A stretch of DNA of 64,000 bases from Octopus vulgaris. Taxonomy: Eukaryota. Under the pieces are notes generated by a model. That model was not told where the DNA came from and made no database searches. It saw only the letters and a program-made list of their open reading frames with translations. Made by a program: the position numbers and the translations under genes. The stretch lies in contig OX597832.1 in assembly GCA_951406725.2 (NCBI GenBank), positions 13,206,001 to 13,270,000 on the forward strand, given 5' to 3'. Each line of letters opens with the position of its first letter. Position 1 is the first letter of the stretch. This document shows, in pieces, positions 15,033 through 29,793 of the stretch.

Positions 15033-15329
15033 GTCTATTTGTCTGTCTGCTTTGGAATCTATCTATCGATCTATTGATCGATCGGTCTAGGAGATTTAGT
15101 CTAATACTTTTAAGCCTCTTTTTTTTTTGGAGATACAGTTATAGATGCCCTAAAGTATTGCAATTTTGGTATATTATCACTGATAATCAAATAAGCTGAC
15201 CAGCTAACGTTTTATTCTATACCGAAGGAGACGGCTGTAATAGCATTTTCAACACACTTCTAAGCACTGCTTGTCTCAGCTGACTAGTTCGCACAATGGG
15301 ACGTGAAGAAAATTGGGACGTGAAGAAAA

Positions 15330-15750
15330 TTTGGACGCTCGCTATGCACTAACGTCTTGTGTTAAACTGGGTAAAGACGATACAGAAGCATATGAAATGC
15401 TCCATACAGGTTATGGAAAATTCATGCATGAATTGAGCTAAGGACAATGGGAGGCGTGGGAGGTAGATGGGTGTCAGAAAAACGGAGCTGTTTAAGAAAA
15501 TACGCAATTTTCTGTATGAAGACTGTCGTATATCCATAAAGACAATAAATACACTGAATTATTTATGAAGATCGAACATGCACAGTATTTGTGCAAAGTA
15601 TCTTCCCCAGGGTACTCAGTGACGAACAGAAGGAAAGTGGCGTAATTGACAGAATTCTGTCTGGCATCACAGTCAACAAAGTGTAGAGGTTTTGAGGGAG
15701 TTAAGTTTCGTCGTAAAAGGCCAAATCTCTGCCACTCGGACAGGAGGCAC
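15330..15750 (+). mobile_element. Decayed mariner transposase fragment
   Basis: [17 protein letters not shown] (DRRxT-like) followed by FPRVLSDEQKE (WVPxxL-x-EQK-like linker). Confidence 0.65.
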
Positions 15751-15762
15751 CTGCACCAGGAT

Positions 15763-16135
15763 GGATGGAAGCACTCCGTCGGTTACGACGATGAGGGTTC
15801 CGGTTGATCCGAATCAACGGAACAGCCTGCTCGTGAAATTAACGTGTAAGTGGCTGTGCACTCCACAGACACGTGCACCCTTAACGTAGTTCTCGGGGAT
15901 ATTCAGCGTGACACAGAGAGTGACAAGGTCGGCCCCTTGAAATACAGGTACAACAGAAACAGGAAGTAAGAGTGAGAGAAAGTTGTGGTGAAAGAGTACA
16001 GCAGGGATCACCACCATCCCCTGCCGGAGCCTCGTGGAGCTTTAGGTGTTTTCGCTCAATAAACACTCACAACGCCCGGTCTGGGAATCGAAACCGCGAC
16101 TCCGCTGCCCTAACCACTGGGCCATTGCGCCTCCA
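15763..16135 (-). mobile_element. Full-length tRNA-derived SINE family C with 12-bp TSD
   Basis: Reverse complement head ggaggcgcaatggcccagtggttagggcagcgg..ggtttcgattccc (A/B boxes); flanked by ctgcaccaggat at 15751-15762 and 16136-16147. Confidence 0.92.
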
Positions 16136-16519
16136 CTGCACCAGGATAATGACTAGTTCATAATTCCATCCCGGCAACCAACTACTTGATGGAAACGGGC
16201 ATCTAAACTGTCCCTCAGCCTCTTCACAGTTTAGATCTTGTTCACTGTGAAGTATAGTTGCTTCCTAACGTGAAGGAAAAACCTCAGGGATAGTTCTTTT
16301 AAAAATTAAGATGAAGGAGATTTAGTGACAGTCCTGGACATCTTCACTTTGAAAATTTTTTTATGGGGCCTTCAAGACATGGGGCCTTCAAGGCAGGAGC
16401 ATTGCAATCACAGATCCTTGTTCCAAGGGGAATAGAGTTTTTAAAATTATTTTATATTGATAAATGTCTCTCTTGTATATGACTCAAAATCTCTGAAAAG
16501 CACCTAGCATATACGTATG

Positions 16520-16550
<31 letters not shown>

Positions 16551-17959
16551 TACGTATGTATGTATATATGTATTACGTATGTATGTATATATGTATGCAC
16601 GTATGTATGTTTGCATGTATGTATGTAACTATCTATCTACACGCACACATATATGTATTTGTATATATAAAAGAGATAAAATATGCACGCTCATACACAC
16701 ATAGATGTGTGTGTCTGTGTGTGTTTGCATTCGTGTGGGTATGAGTGTTTCTTTGCTTGTATGTATGTGTGTGTGTAGCAAGTAAAAGAAAAGGCAACAG
16801 AAATGGTATTGAAAAAGTGAGCTTACTAAAAATATTAATCGCAGTCAGCCACATAACTCCGCACCCACATTTGATTAAATTACTAACTTTGCTGTAGAAT
16901 ACTTAAAGATTTCTGGCAGAGTCAAATTTTAAATGACTGTAAATGCTTCAACGCGAACTGAAGGTGACATAATGCTTAAAAACGTTTGCAAAATCTCGAT
17001 ATTATTTGACAAGACCAAACCTCGTACAAACTAGAGAAACACGTTAATCTTTTAATGAACACTAGACATGAAATTGTTATGCATATTCCAAATCGAGACT
17101 CCACAATTATTAGAAAGAGACCAGTTAGAAATATTCACTGCGTGTTCCATTTGAAATGTAATAATTCTATTGAAGAATAAGCAGGGAATGTCGATAAATA
17201 CATTTTAAATTGCATTATATATAAAATTCGAAATATCTTATCATTGTGACAATAGAATAGTATAAACCCAGTAATTAATAAGTTTAATATTACTAACAGT
17301 AACACTACATTCAAATTTCATTCGTTTTGTAATGTTGAAATCCATCCACCAGTTTATGAACCTCTCCACTTTTCATTTCATTTTAGAAGAAATACTTGTA
17401 TTCACATCGTTGTCGATAGCATAATCAGTCACACGGGAAAGTAAAAAAAAAAAGATTATAGAGTCTTGTAATGTATATCAAAAGGAAACGTAGCGTATAT
17501 GCTGCTACAGTGGCTCCTGTGATGTAGCAAGTCCTGGTATCTATTCAGAATAAATATCCTGGATATGCACACATCTAGATTTAATATCGTAGAAAAGGCA
17601 TGCACATAGATGCCGATCTACTTCAAACAACATAAAGGGAGAAAGTCTAGATAAAATTTGGAAATACATAATCGATATCTTTTAACGGCAAAGGAACTAA
17701 AAAAAATTTGAAATATTGTGCTGTACACTTCCTACTCATTGCATTTATTCTCAGTCCTTCAAGCACAAGTATACAGGATTGATAAGGAAATGCTCTCATC
17801 GATGGGTTTACTCGTTCTATGTTGAAGAAGCTTCACAGTGATATTTCTAAAAGTGTCTGTAAGATTTCCGAGTTGTAATAGTCTAGAAATTGGTTATGAC
17901 TGAATAAATTACTTTGTGGAAGTTTCATTTAATAACACAAGTATCCGTTGGATCCTGTT

Positions 17960-19320
17960 TGAATTAAAATATAATCAGTGCGGTATTTAGAGGACCAACA
18001 AAGAGAACAGTTGGAGCTGGAAATGGGACTGCTAAGGGAAGATGAAGTGGGAAAAGCATTGATGAGAATAAAAAATAATACAGCGCTAGAATGGACAATG
18101 TTTCAGCAGAATTAATGAAAGTGGCTGGCCAGGTCATGGCTTGGCACAGTTATTTAATGTTTACTGGGTGGAAAAATACCTAAAAATTGGACCAAAGGAG
18201 TCATTATTAAACTACCAAAGAAGCAATTGAAGAACTGCCAAAACTGCAGGGGAATAATACTTTTGTCAATAAAGTGTTGTGCTCTGTGTCGTTCCGGTTG
18301 AGATTTGCAATAGATGTAAAGTTGAGAGAACAACAGGCTGGATTTCGACCCAGCAGGTCGTGCTGCAAGCAAATATTCACACTGCTCAACATCGAAGACC
18401 ACTAATAATAAACTTAACTGACTTCAAAAAGTGTGCACAGAGAAACCCTCTGCAAGATTGTAAAAGTGTATATAATACCTATTTCTTTACTACCCACAAG
18501 GGGCTAAACCCAGAAGGAAAAAACAAGGACAAACAGATTAAGTCGATTACATCGACCCCAGTGTGCAACTGATACTTATTTTATCGACCCCGAAAGTGCA
18601 TATGATACCAGACAGTTACATCTCTCCGCTTAGCAGTTTCTACAACAACTGAAGCTACTTCATTACAACCGAGTATAGATACACTGGTTTTCTTTTCGTT
18701 GTCACTGCAGTAAGACAAGGCTTGTTTCCTGTCACCTACAAGGTTTTTCACGGTCAGTCATTTTATTGAAGAAGTTACAAGTTTCACATATGTGGGAAGC
18801 TTAGCGACAAGTGACGGCGATGAAGATACAGATATAAGCTGTAGAACTGGCAAAGCAACAACTGTACTCAGAAGACTGACAACACATTGGTGAAGCAATA
18901 ACATCAGTAAAGAGCTGAATATTCGTCTGTACAAAATGGTAATACAGCCAAGAGCGAGAACTTGCAGAGGACAGCAAAATCGCCCGCCAGCTCGACGTAT
19001 TTCATAAGTGGTGCCTCCGAAACATTCTAAGAATCACTTACCGAGCCAGAGCGACAAGTGAAGCCGTTCTCCAAGCAGCAAAAGTAAGGCCTCTGCATGC
19101 AATTGTGACCAAACATTAGATGAGAATGGCTGAACACATACTAAGGCTGCCATAGGAGAGGCTTGCCATGGACTGGACACCACTGAAAGGTAAGAGAAAG
19201 GGAGGCCAACCAAAGGAAACATGGCGTAGTACCTTCAAAGAAGACCTATACAGATTAAACATCACCTGGGAAGAAGCATACCGGTCGGACGAGACGGAGA
19301 TAGTCGGTGATCACTGTTAA
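17960..19320 (+). mobile_element. Decayed RTE-clade LINE reverse transcriptase
   Basis: Frameshifted motifs W..G.IIKLPK, NCRGIILLS, LREQQAGFRPSRSCCKQIFTL, EEVTSFTYVGS and GKRKGRP..TW; interrupted by a family B SINE fragment at ~18478-18595. Confidence 0.88.
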
Positions 19321-20068
19321 TTGGCGAACCCAAATTAGAGAATAAGTTGCTTTTCAACCTGTCTTTGGATAGGTTATCAATCGAAAATACCTAGGGAAAT
19401 ATGCAATAAGTAGAGTATGAGATTTTATCGGACATGTGGAAAAATATTTGTAACGAAAAAATATTGTAACGAAAGACATTTTATACTGGTGACACACTTT
19501 TACATGACCGAAATTAAAAGTAGATTAAATGACAAATGAAAGAATAAATGGTATTTTGATTGTCTATTATTCATGTTTTAATGGTAAATTTAAGCTATTA
19601 TTAATTATAAAGTAAATAGATAGGAGAGAAATATAATAGAAATAAAATAAATAACGCTACTGAGTTGTGGACAGAGATATATCAAGCTCCTATAAATCTA
19701 ATATATTATAAATGCATTTTCTAATCAGATTATATACAGCTTGCAAAAGTGAGCGACTATGAAGAAATCTCTATTTCCGAACAATATTATTTATAGCTAT
19801 CAACAAATACTTTGGTAATTTGGTTTCGTTTTATTATTCTGGCTCGGATATTTAGATGAAATTCAATCTTCAGAGAATCTATCAACGCAATTCAGCTGAA
19901 TTTCTGTTTGAAATCATTTCACAGTAATATTCATGAGCAGCAGAGGCTCGCTCTGAACCATGGGGCTCGAGGTTTGATCGTAATGTTTGGCAGTTACAGG
20001 AGGTTACTTTTATTGCATTCCCTAGCTGTAGGATGGGTACCCCATGAAATAAATAAATAAGTAAATAA

Positions 20069-20132
<64 letters not shown>

Positions 20133-20146
20133 GTATATATATATAA

Positions 20147-20224
<78 letters not shown>

Positions 20225-20419
20225 GTATATGTACTTATCCATGCATAAGACAACATACCACACGGTATACGTTCGTTCAACAACCAGTGAATGCGAAAAT
20301 AACCAGAGAAATGGCTTGGGCAGCACACATACACACACACACGCACACACTCATACACAGACATACACATGCATACATAGCTTCTCTATAGATGTGAATA
20401 TCTGCAGCTGATGTGAAGA

Positions 20420-22000
20420 GATCAACGTTATTCGAAACGTATACTGCAGAACCGTTTTAATTCTAATTTCATTTGGAAAAAATAAGTTACTGAAGAATGC
20501 AAACTTTCTTTCATACAATTTTCAAAGAATTGCGGAGGAAATCTGTCTGTGAATATTTCCCAGTTGTACGATTAAAAAAGTCGAACACTAAGAAATAAAA
20601 GGTATTAAAATTTAGCATATTCCTTTGAGATGGCCAAGCTCTCTGGCAAATACAAGCAACCCTAAAGTATACAAACCCCATACCTATGTTTATTTTAACC
20701 CCCAAACCAATACATTAGCCATAACTTTATACACTAACAAAACATTTATGTATTGTACAATTTTGTATCATGAATGCTTTGAAACACCCAAAAGACTTGC
20801 ACATCAAAATATACTTGGCAATATTTCAAAAGCGGTTTTCTTCCTCTTTTAATTAACTTTCGAAATCTATATCTGTCGTAAGCGAACAAAACTGTGATTA
20901 ATATCATTATGGTTGTGATTAACCCACCTATATATTCATCACATTTGAGAATACATTTAATTACATTTATCAAAATGTTTCATCATTTCTTGTACATCTT
21001 ATAATATGATAAAAAAACTTGTATTCCATTACTACGTAAACTTTTTGTGGTCACGATAATCTGATTTTCTGACATAGAAGTGGCAATTCAAGCCGTCCTT
21101 GTTTAGCCGGTATACTTTTGATGGCGAGCAACTGTGATAAATATTCTTCTAGATAACAATGTTTTGCACTTTTAGAGCTGTAGTAAGGCAGTAATGTTTG
21201 ACTGAATGGAGATTTTCCTGCAATATCTTCTTGGTCGGTTGAATACACTGATATTCCCTCATTGCCTCGTTACAATGATATTCATATTGATTATCATAAT
21301 CATTTTACGAAATATCTGTGGTACTATAAGACGTTATCATTTAAAATATAATTATCTGATAGACGTTGAATACGTCCCACACATCTTTATAGGAAATTTC
21401 TGTCTTCTGTTAGATCATGTTGAAATATTGTTGAGATTTCTATCGATATAATTTATTCTAGTATATTGTTTGTAACTTTATGCAATTTGGAGGAGAATAG
21501 ATATTTTGTTATCTATATTCAAAGCACAATATATGCATAATTTCATAACATCTTGTATCAGGTAAGAAGGAAATGATCTCCCAACATCGCTAGATATTAT
21601 AAATAATGTTAAATACGCTGATTGAATCTGAAGATTGGTCGTGTGTCTAATCCAATTGGCTTCCGATATAATTGTTGTACCATTCTAAGTTTAAATTCCA
21701 GTATACATCAATTATTGATTCCACCATTGTGTCTTCTTCCTAACAATCAAATATCAATATTCTAGCAGCCTGTCAATAGAGCAGGAAAATACGGTAATCA
21801 TACACGAAGAGGGTTGTGGATCTAAGTTTCGTTTTGATTTGTTAGGAAATCTATCGTGTATGCCTGTCGGAAATCAGTTGTAACCTCACTGATTTCTGTA
21901 TTAAACATTTATCGCTAGCTGACCTGCTATACACATGTCTCGCTAATAATTTAAAGTATGATTCACTTCAATGCTAAACGACATCTTATATGTGTAGGAG
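20420..22000 (-). pseudogene. Decayed intronless family B DNA polymerase (Pol delta-like / large dsDNA virus type); N-terminus may extend toward ~23300
   Basis: Ordered degenerate motifs: KMSFSIEV (ExoI, 21987-21964); YFPALLTGC*NID.FD (ExoII, 21791-21744); LNNIS..KTEISYKDVWDVF (21435-21368); RRYCRK (ExoIII, 21231-21214); VVMEYKFFYHIIR (motif A, ~21035-20996); LVYKVMAN (motif B, 20737-20714); KYSQTDF (motif C, 20558-20538); MKLEL (20472-20458). Confidence 0.8.
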
Positions 22001-24042
22001 AAGCATAGGAAAATTGAGAGTTATGTTAACTATTAATGTCTTAACGGCATAAACAATAGATATTAAATGATATTGAAGCCCCAGAAGTATTTCAAGTCAT
22101 TTAAATATTCCAACTAATTTCATAACATATCTATTATATTGTCTTTAGGGTAAATATTAAATCTTAAAATTAAAATATTATTAACAAACTTCAATAATAA
22201 TCAAAACTATAATTTATCCATTTAATGTCAAGCTATACATTTATGAAGTTGTACATGTTAAGCTCTCGTGGAAGTAAGTAATATATACGATAGAGAGCGC
22301 AAGTTTTGTGCTGAGAAATTTCGTTACTATGCTCTTAAGATTTATAGGATAAAAGTTGATGAGGGCATTTTAATTCTCATTTGGTTTCATGAAATATATT
22401 GCAATGAAATCAATTTGGAAAGATCAACATTAAGATTAAAAGAAAAATACATTTAGGAAATTATCTACCAACTTTCGACACATATTCTACATTATCGTTT
22501 TAATGAACATTTTGAGATTGCATAAAACATTAATTAGTTGACTAGTTTTCTGTTCCAGTATTATCAATGTCAAAGTCGATATCTACATTACTTAAATCAT
22601 AAATCATTATAGTTTAACTTACCAATTAATCATGTGAAGTGTACTGGATAGCTATTAAATTGTATAATCCACTGTGCTTTTATGAATGCTGACCGTTATG
22701 ATCACCTAGTTTCTTTCAGTTTAATATAGTTTGACGTGAGTACTTTTGGAAACTTTTCCCAACATTTTAAATTAACAGTATGTACGGCGCTATATTAGAG
22801 TAATGTTTTGAATTATGCAGTAAATTTCATTTAAGAAATTATAGCCATTGACCAAATTTCATGTTGAGACATGAATAATACTCGTTTGCACTTTTATTTA
22901 TTTTATTACTGTTATATTTTTTTATAATTGTTCAGTTGATGGTCGAGATTCAATTAGATATCTTGCTGCTAATCACACAATAAAGCAGCTGAGATTTTCT
23001 GATTGAATCTATGACTTATAATTTGTATTGACATTTCAACAGAACGGCTGCAGTGTCATTAGTTATAAACTTGTAGCTTTACCAAGCGAATGTTTATACC
23101 ACTACCCTGGGTAAAATGGGTAAACTTCTTTATTGAACAGTGTTGTTCATAATATATTAAATGTGGGTAATATTCAGAATACATACCAATAATCATTATA
23201 TTTTCTGTATTTACAAGCACTTTTAGTTCAGATACCGTCAATCTTCGTAATATTTTTGTTATTTTATACAATAGTTTAATAAGAGCAAGGTTATCTCCGA
23301 TAGCCTAATATATATGTTTTCATAGTAAATCGGTGAACATAAAACGCAACTACGAGAAGAAACACAACAGCAAATAACATCACTGATGACATCAACAACA
23401 ATAGAAACATGTGTGTATATGTATGTATATATATATATGCACATATATAAAAGAGAGTGTGTATATGTGTGTGTGCGTATTTTCCTTACGCATTCCAATA
23501 CCCAGTTGCCGTTTTGACGTATGGGGTATCAAAAGATTCAGTAAGCTTTTTGTTACCAACTAAACTACAAAATAAATAAATAAATAACTTCCAAAGCAAA
23601 CTTCGAACAACTCGTCGCCACTTTTATATCCTTGTATTGGATACATAATTTAACGAACCAGTGGGGGAAGAAAGTATTTACATGACGCACTACTACTACT
23701 ACTATTACATGAGTCTCACTAACTCTATATCAACGGCTTACAGTTAACTGATTACCAACACGAACAGCCATTCGCTCACAGTTCTTTATAATAATGAGTC
23801 AGTCCACCATTTAGTCACTTGATGAGTGGTCACAATCCTTCGACAACAAATATATAATAATATTATTCGGTAAAAAACCTACAGGTAAAGCGGAGTTGAA
23901 ATAAACAAGCAAGCAGAGAAAAGGAGTTGGAGAGAGAGAGAGAGAGGTAGAAAAGGAGCCGTTTCTTTGTGTCACAGGAAATTTAATAAAAGTGTATTAA
24001 AAAGCAGTAGAAATATATTGGTATGTGAGGCTGTTATATCTG

Positions 24043-24090
<48 letters not shown>

Positions 24091-24233
24091 GTATGTATGT
24101 ATGTAATACAATAAGATGCTTCCAAATAGGAAAAGCTTGTGCTAGAAAGACCAGTAGAAACCTCAAAACCACCAAAAAAGGATAAGTTTTCGAAAGGAAT
24201 GAAAATTAAAAACGTTTACCATCTCAATTATTT

Positions 24234-24300
24234 CCCAGACCATGGTTTCTAACTATTTCCAGCAAAAACATATTTGCTGAAGGCCAGTTTCATCAGTGGG
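24234..24300 (-). ncRNA. Minimal type I hammerhead ribozyme with intact core
   Basis: Reverse complement: ccca-CTGATGA-aact..tcagcaaa/tttgctgg..agtt-a-GAAA-ccatgg-TC-tggg; GUC site and palindromic stem III. Confidence 0.85.
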
Positions 24301-24578
24301 ACAGCCTTTAGATTTCAAATACACAACATAGCCAGATCCACATGTAAAACTAACTGCTTGTATATTCTAACTTTTTAGACCACTGCGCAGACGCAGATTA
24401 TACCCGGCGACAGAGAGGATGCCGGTAAACATTTCAAACAAATTTATCAGAGAATATTTAAACATAATATATAACAATCGGGTAATAAGAAATTAAATTA
24501 TTACCAGTGGCCTAGCACAATAACCAATTAGTCATTAGACTATATATTATTCACATATAAATACATTAAGAGGCTTCC

Positions 24579-24611
<33 letters not shown>

Positions 24612-24629
24612 TGTATGTATGTATGTATG

Positions 24630-24785
24630 CACATTATGTTCTGAGTTCAAATTCCGCTGAGGTTGACTTTGCATTTCGTCATTTCGAGGACGATGAATTA
24701 AGTACCATTTACGTACTGTGGTCAATTTAATAGACTGGTAACCTCCATCAAAATTCCGGGCCTTGTGCCATTGTGCCAAGAGTAT
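24630..24785 (+). mobile_element. 5'-truncated family B SINE
   Basis: gttctgagttcaaattccgctgaggttgactttgc..aagtacca. Confidence 0.75.
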
Positions 24786-24788
24786 AAA

Positions 24789-24831
<43 letters not shown>

Positions 24832-24977
24832 GATTTACATCTCAGTGCGCCGGTATTCATTCCCAGGTTTACCAAATGTTGGCTTACAAGAGTAAACCTC
24901 TACACCATTAATCCCCCTTCCTGTAACATTGTATAGAAATATATATATTGATTGAATATACAATAACTTGTGACTCA

Positions 24978-25105
24978 TCTTCTTCTTCTTCTTCTTCTTC
25001 TTCTTCTTCTTCTTCTTCTTCTTCTTCTTCTTCTTCTTCTTCTTCTTCTTCTTCTTCTTCTTCTTCTTCTTCTTCTTCTTCTTCTTCTCCTTCTCCTTCT
25101 TCTTC
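24978..25105. repeat. (TTC)n microsatellite
   Basis: Direct reading. Confidence 0.97.
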
Positions 25106-25607
25106 TGTTATACTTGAAAATCCATACATTCCAATACTAGAACTGACTCCTCCTATATCATATGAAATGCATCCTATGTATGGAGAGACACGCGTATGAA
25201 ACCGTTAAAATCTGTGTAAATCGCAGTTTGCCGGAAGCAACTACTTGAGATACTTCGATGTCACTCATTCAACACATCTCAAAGCGCTGAATCCACACTG
25301 TCATTCAGTTATAAGTTCCTTACTCGCTGAAATATCTTCGTACATACTCAAATGCATACATACGTTCGGACATAGATACATACGTACGTACATACATACG
25401 CGTATCGGCACACACAAGTATATACTCATGTTTATATATGTATGTTGTGCATATTTATACATGCTTGTGCACACAATCATACAATTACAAAGGCATACTT
25501 ATGCAATCATATATAATACTGGATGCTTAGATATAAGCATGTATGGCAATGTAGGTTCTTGTTACACCAACTGCCTAGCTATCTTTCTTTCTGTGTGTGT
25601 CTGTCTG

Positions 25608-25659
<52 letters not shown>

Positions 25660-26016
25660 ACGATCCTTATTGATCGGCCCCACATTTTTTCCCCATGATC
25701 CCCTTTGATCGGAATTGGCCCCACTTTTTTCCTTTTTTTTTCTTCTTTTCACGATCCCGTTTGATCGGAATTCGCCCTCTTTTTTGATTTTTTCCCCTTT
25801 TCTTCTTCCCAAAAAGAAAAGCTGCACTTTGTATTTTATCCCGTCTGTGTTTAGCCCTGCATGGCGAATAAAGAAATCTATCTATCCATCCAAAGAGAGT
25901 TCACAAAAAAATAATAAAAAACAAAAGACGAACACGGGTGGTGTAGACAACAAACAGATGTACTAGTATAACGCAGGGGAGGTGAGAATGTCTTTAACGT
26001 TTCAAGCCTAAGCTCA

Positions 26017-26102
<86 letters not shown>

Positions 26103-26829
26103 ATCTGTCTCTGTGTCTATCTGTCTGTCTCATAGCCTGTCCGTCCGTCCGTCCGTCCCTCTGTCCGTGTATCTAACTGTCTATACGTACACATATATAC
26201 ATGCCAATATGCATCATAGAAACACATTGTAGCGCGCGAACGCACACACACATGCATGCACAACACACACGCGCGCGCATACACACACTCACACGCACAC
26301 ACACATTCACATTTTTGGGTAGAATAACACAACATTTTTCAATGATCTAATTCGTCCAAAATAACTCCGTTTAATTCTAAGGCTCGTCAATTTGGTTTTC
26401 AATTTCTTCAGTATTGCAGTGTATATCATCTTGCTAAATTCTCATAGCCTTCCAAATAATTAAGCTAATGACAAAACCTGTATGCAAGACTCCATATGTT
26501 TTTATATATATCTTGGAGAATATCTCCCAAGATTTGATGTTTATAATACATCTAGTTATATAATATATATTTTTGACAGTTGCATTCAATTTTTTATGCA
26601 TTGCTTATACGTCTTTGCCGTTATACGCAACATCTCACCCAATACACATGCGTATGCAGTTTTGAAATTGTTGTTTCAGGTTACATTTTCCCTATATATT
26701 CAGTCGATCAAGTGATGAATTGATGACGTTGAAGACTTGAACCAAGCCAAAAGCATATCCCAAACAACTGTAAACAGCAGCTCAACAGGCAAATAACGAC
26801 TGTCTAGCTGTAGTTATAGAAGTGACTGT

Positions 26830-28290
<1,461 letters not shown>

Positions 28291-28675
28291 GGATATGTAT
28301 AGCATTATTTACATTTGACAGACATTTGTCCTCATTTTGTTTGTTGTTAACACAACATTTCGGCTAATACACATTGAAACTATTTTCCTCCTATGCTCTC
28401 GCAACTCTGGCATCACAGTTTTGTTGATTAGTAATTGCTCGGCACGTCCCCAGAATACCTTCTTCATAGCTGCCTGTTCTACTGTGATAATGTTATTGGT
28501 TTCACAATGGTCTTGGAGGAAGAAGAAGTTTAAACATACTGTATATAATACAGTTCTATATTTAAGAGATGAGGAATTATGTACATTATTTACGTCATTT
28601 AAATTGTATATATACACTTATATGTATACATTATTTACAATTGACGGATATTTGTCCTCATCTTCTTTGTTGTTA

Positions 28676-28719
28676 ACACAACTTTCAGGCTGATATGCCC
28701 TCCAGCCTTCATCAGGTGT
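28676..28719 (-). ncRNA. Degenerate minimal hammerhead ribozyme in a PLE-type terminal repeat
   Basis: Reverse complement: acac-CTGATGA-aggctg(gagggcatat)cagcct-GAAA-gtt-gtgt. Confidence 0.65.
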
Positions 28720-28744
28720 CTTGGAGAAATTTCGAACCTAGGTT

Positions 28745-29120
28745 CTCAGTCCCACTGCTTGGCACTTTCAGCAAGTTTCTTCTCCGACTAAAGCCTTACG
28801 AGTGGATTTGATAGACGGAAACTGAAAGAAGCCCGTCGAATATACTCATACATATTTATCTGTCTATCTATCTATATATGAATATACATATGTATGTGTG
28901 TGTAAACGTTTGTGTGTCTGTATTTGTCTCCCAACATCGCTTGATAACCGATGCTGGTGCATTTGCACCTCCGTAACTTAGCGATTCGGCAAAATACCCC
29001 GATAGGATAAGTACTAGATTAACAAAAATAAGTCCTGGGGTCAATGTGCTCGACTAAAGGCCCTGCTCGAACATGACTGTAGTCAAATGACTGAAACAAG
29101 TAAAAGAATAGGAGAATAAA
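28745..29120 (+). mobile_element. Family A SINE (5'-degenerate)
   Basis: gagtggatttgatagacggaaactgaaagaagcccgtcg..atgactgaaacaagtaaaag. Confidence 0.85.
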
Positions 29121-29334
29121 ATAATACCTACCTACCTACCTACCCACCTACATACATACATATATACGTACATAAATACATACAGAGATGCATAGAAAAC
29201 AAGAAACTAAGAAAGAAACGAAAATATATATGTATAAAAGTGTGAGTGTGTGTGTGTGTGTGAGTGTGTATATGCGAATGTTTGTGTGAGTGTGTATACC
29301 GTGTGTGTGTGTGAGTGTGTGTGTGCGTGTGTGT

Positions 29335-29584
29335 AAATGTGGCTTAGTAGTTAGGGTAATCGGCCCACGACCATAAGGTTTGAGTGTAATTCCTGACAGC
29401 GCGTTGCATCCTTGGGCCCTTTATTTCATGTCGCTCCGATCCACTCAGCCTTTTCATATTCTGTGTCACGTCGAATCTCCCCGAGAACTACGTCAAAGGT
29501 ATACGTGTTTTTCGAGTGCTCAGTCACTTTCACGCTAATTTTACGATGGAAACAATTGGAACCCTCGTCGTCGTAACCGACGGA

Positions 29585-29678
<94 letters not shown>

Positions 29679-29749
29679 ACATATTTGTAGATATGTATGT
29701 ATTTACTGATTTATATATGAGGATAAAATCTCTGAGATATATATATCTA

Positions 29750-29793
<44 letters not shown>

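Noticed and set aside
16060-16135. tRNA gene
   Set aside because: It is the tRNA-like head of a TSD-flanked SINE
20420-22000. Maverick/Polinton origin of the PolB
   Set aside because: Motifs and spacing are Pol delta-like rather than protein-primed; no integrase, capsid or long TIRs seen
22635-22670. Minus-strand IIQFNSYP resembling PolB DFNSLYP
   Set aside because: It lies upstream of ExoI, in the wrong order; the motif at ~21020 fits the spacing
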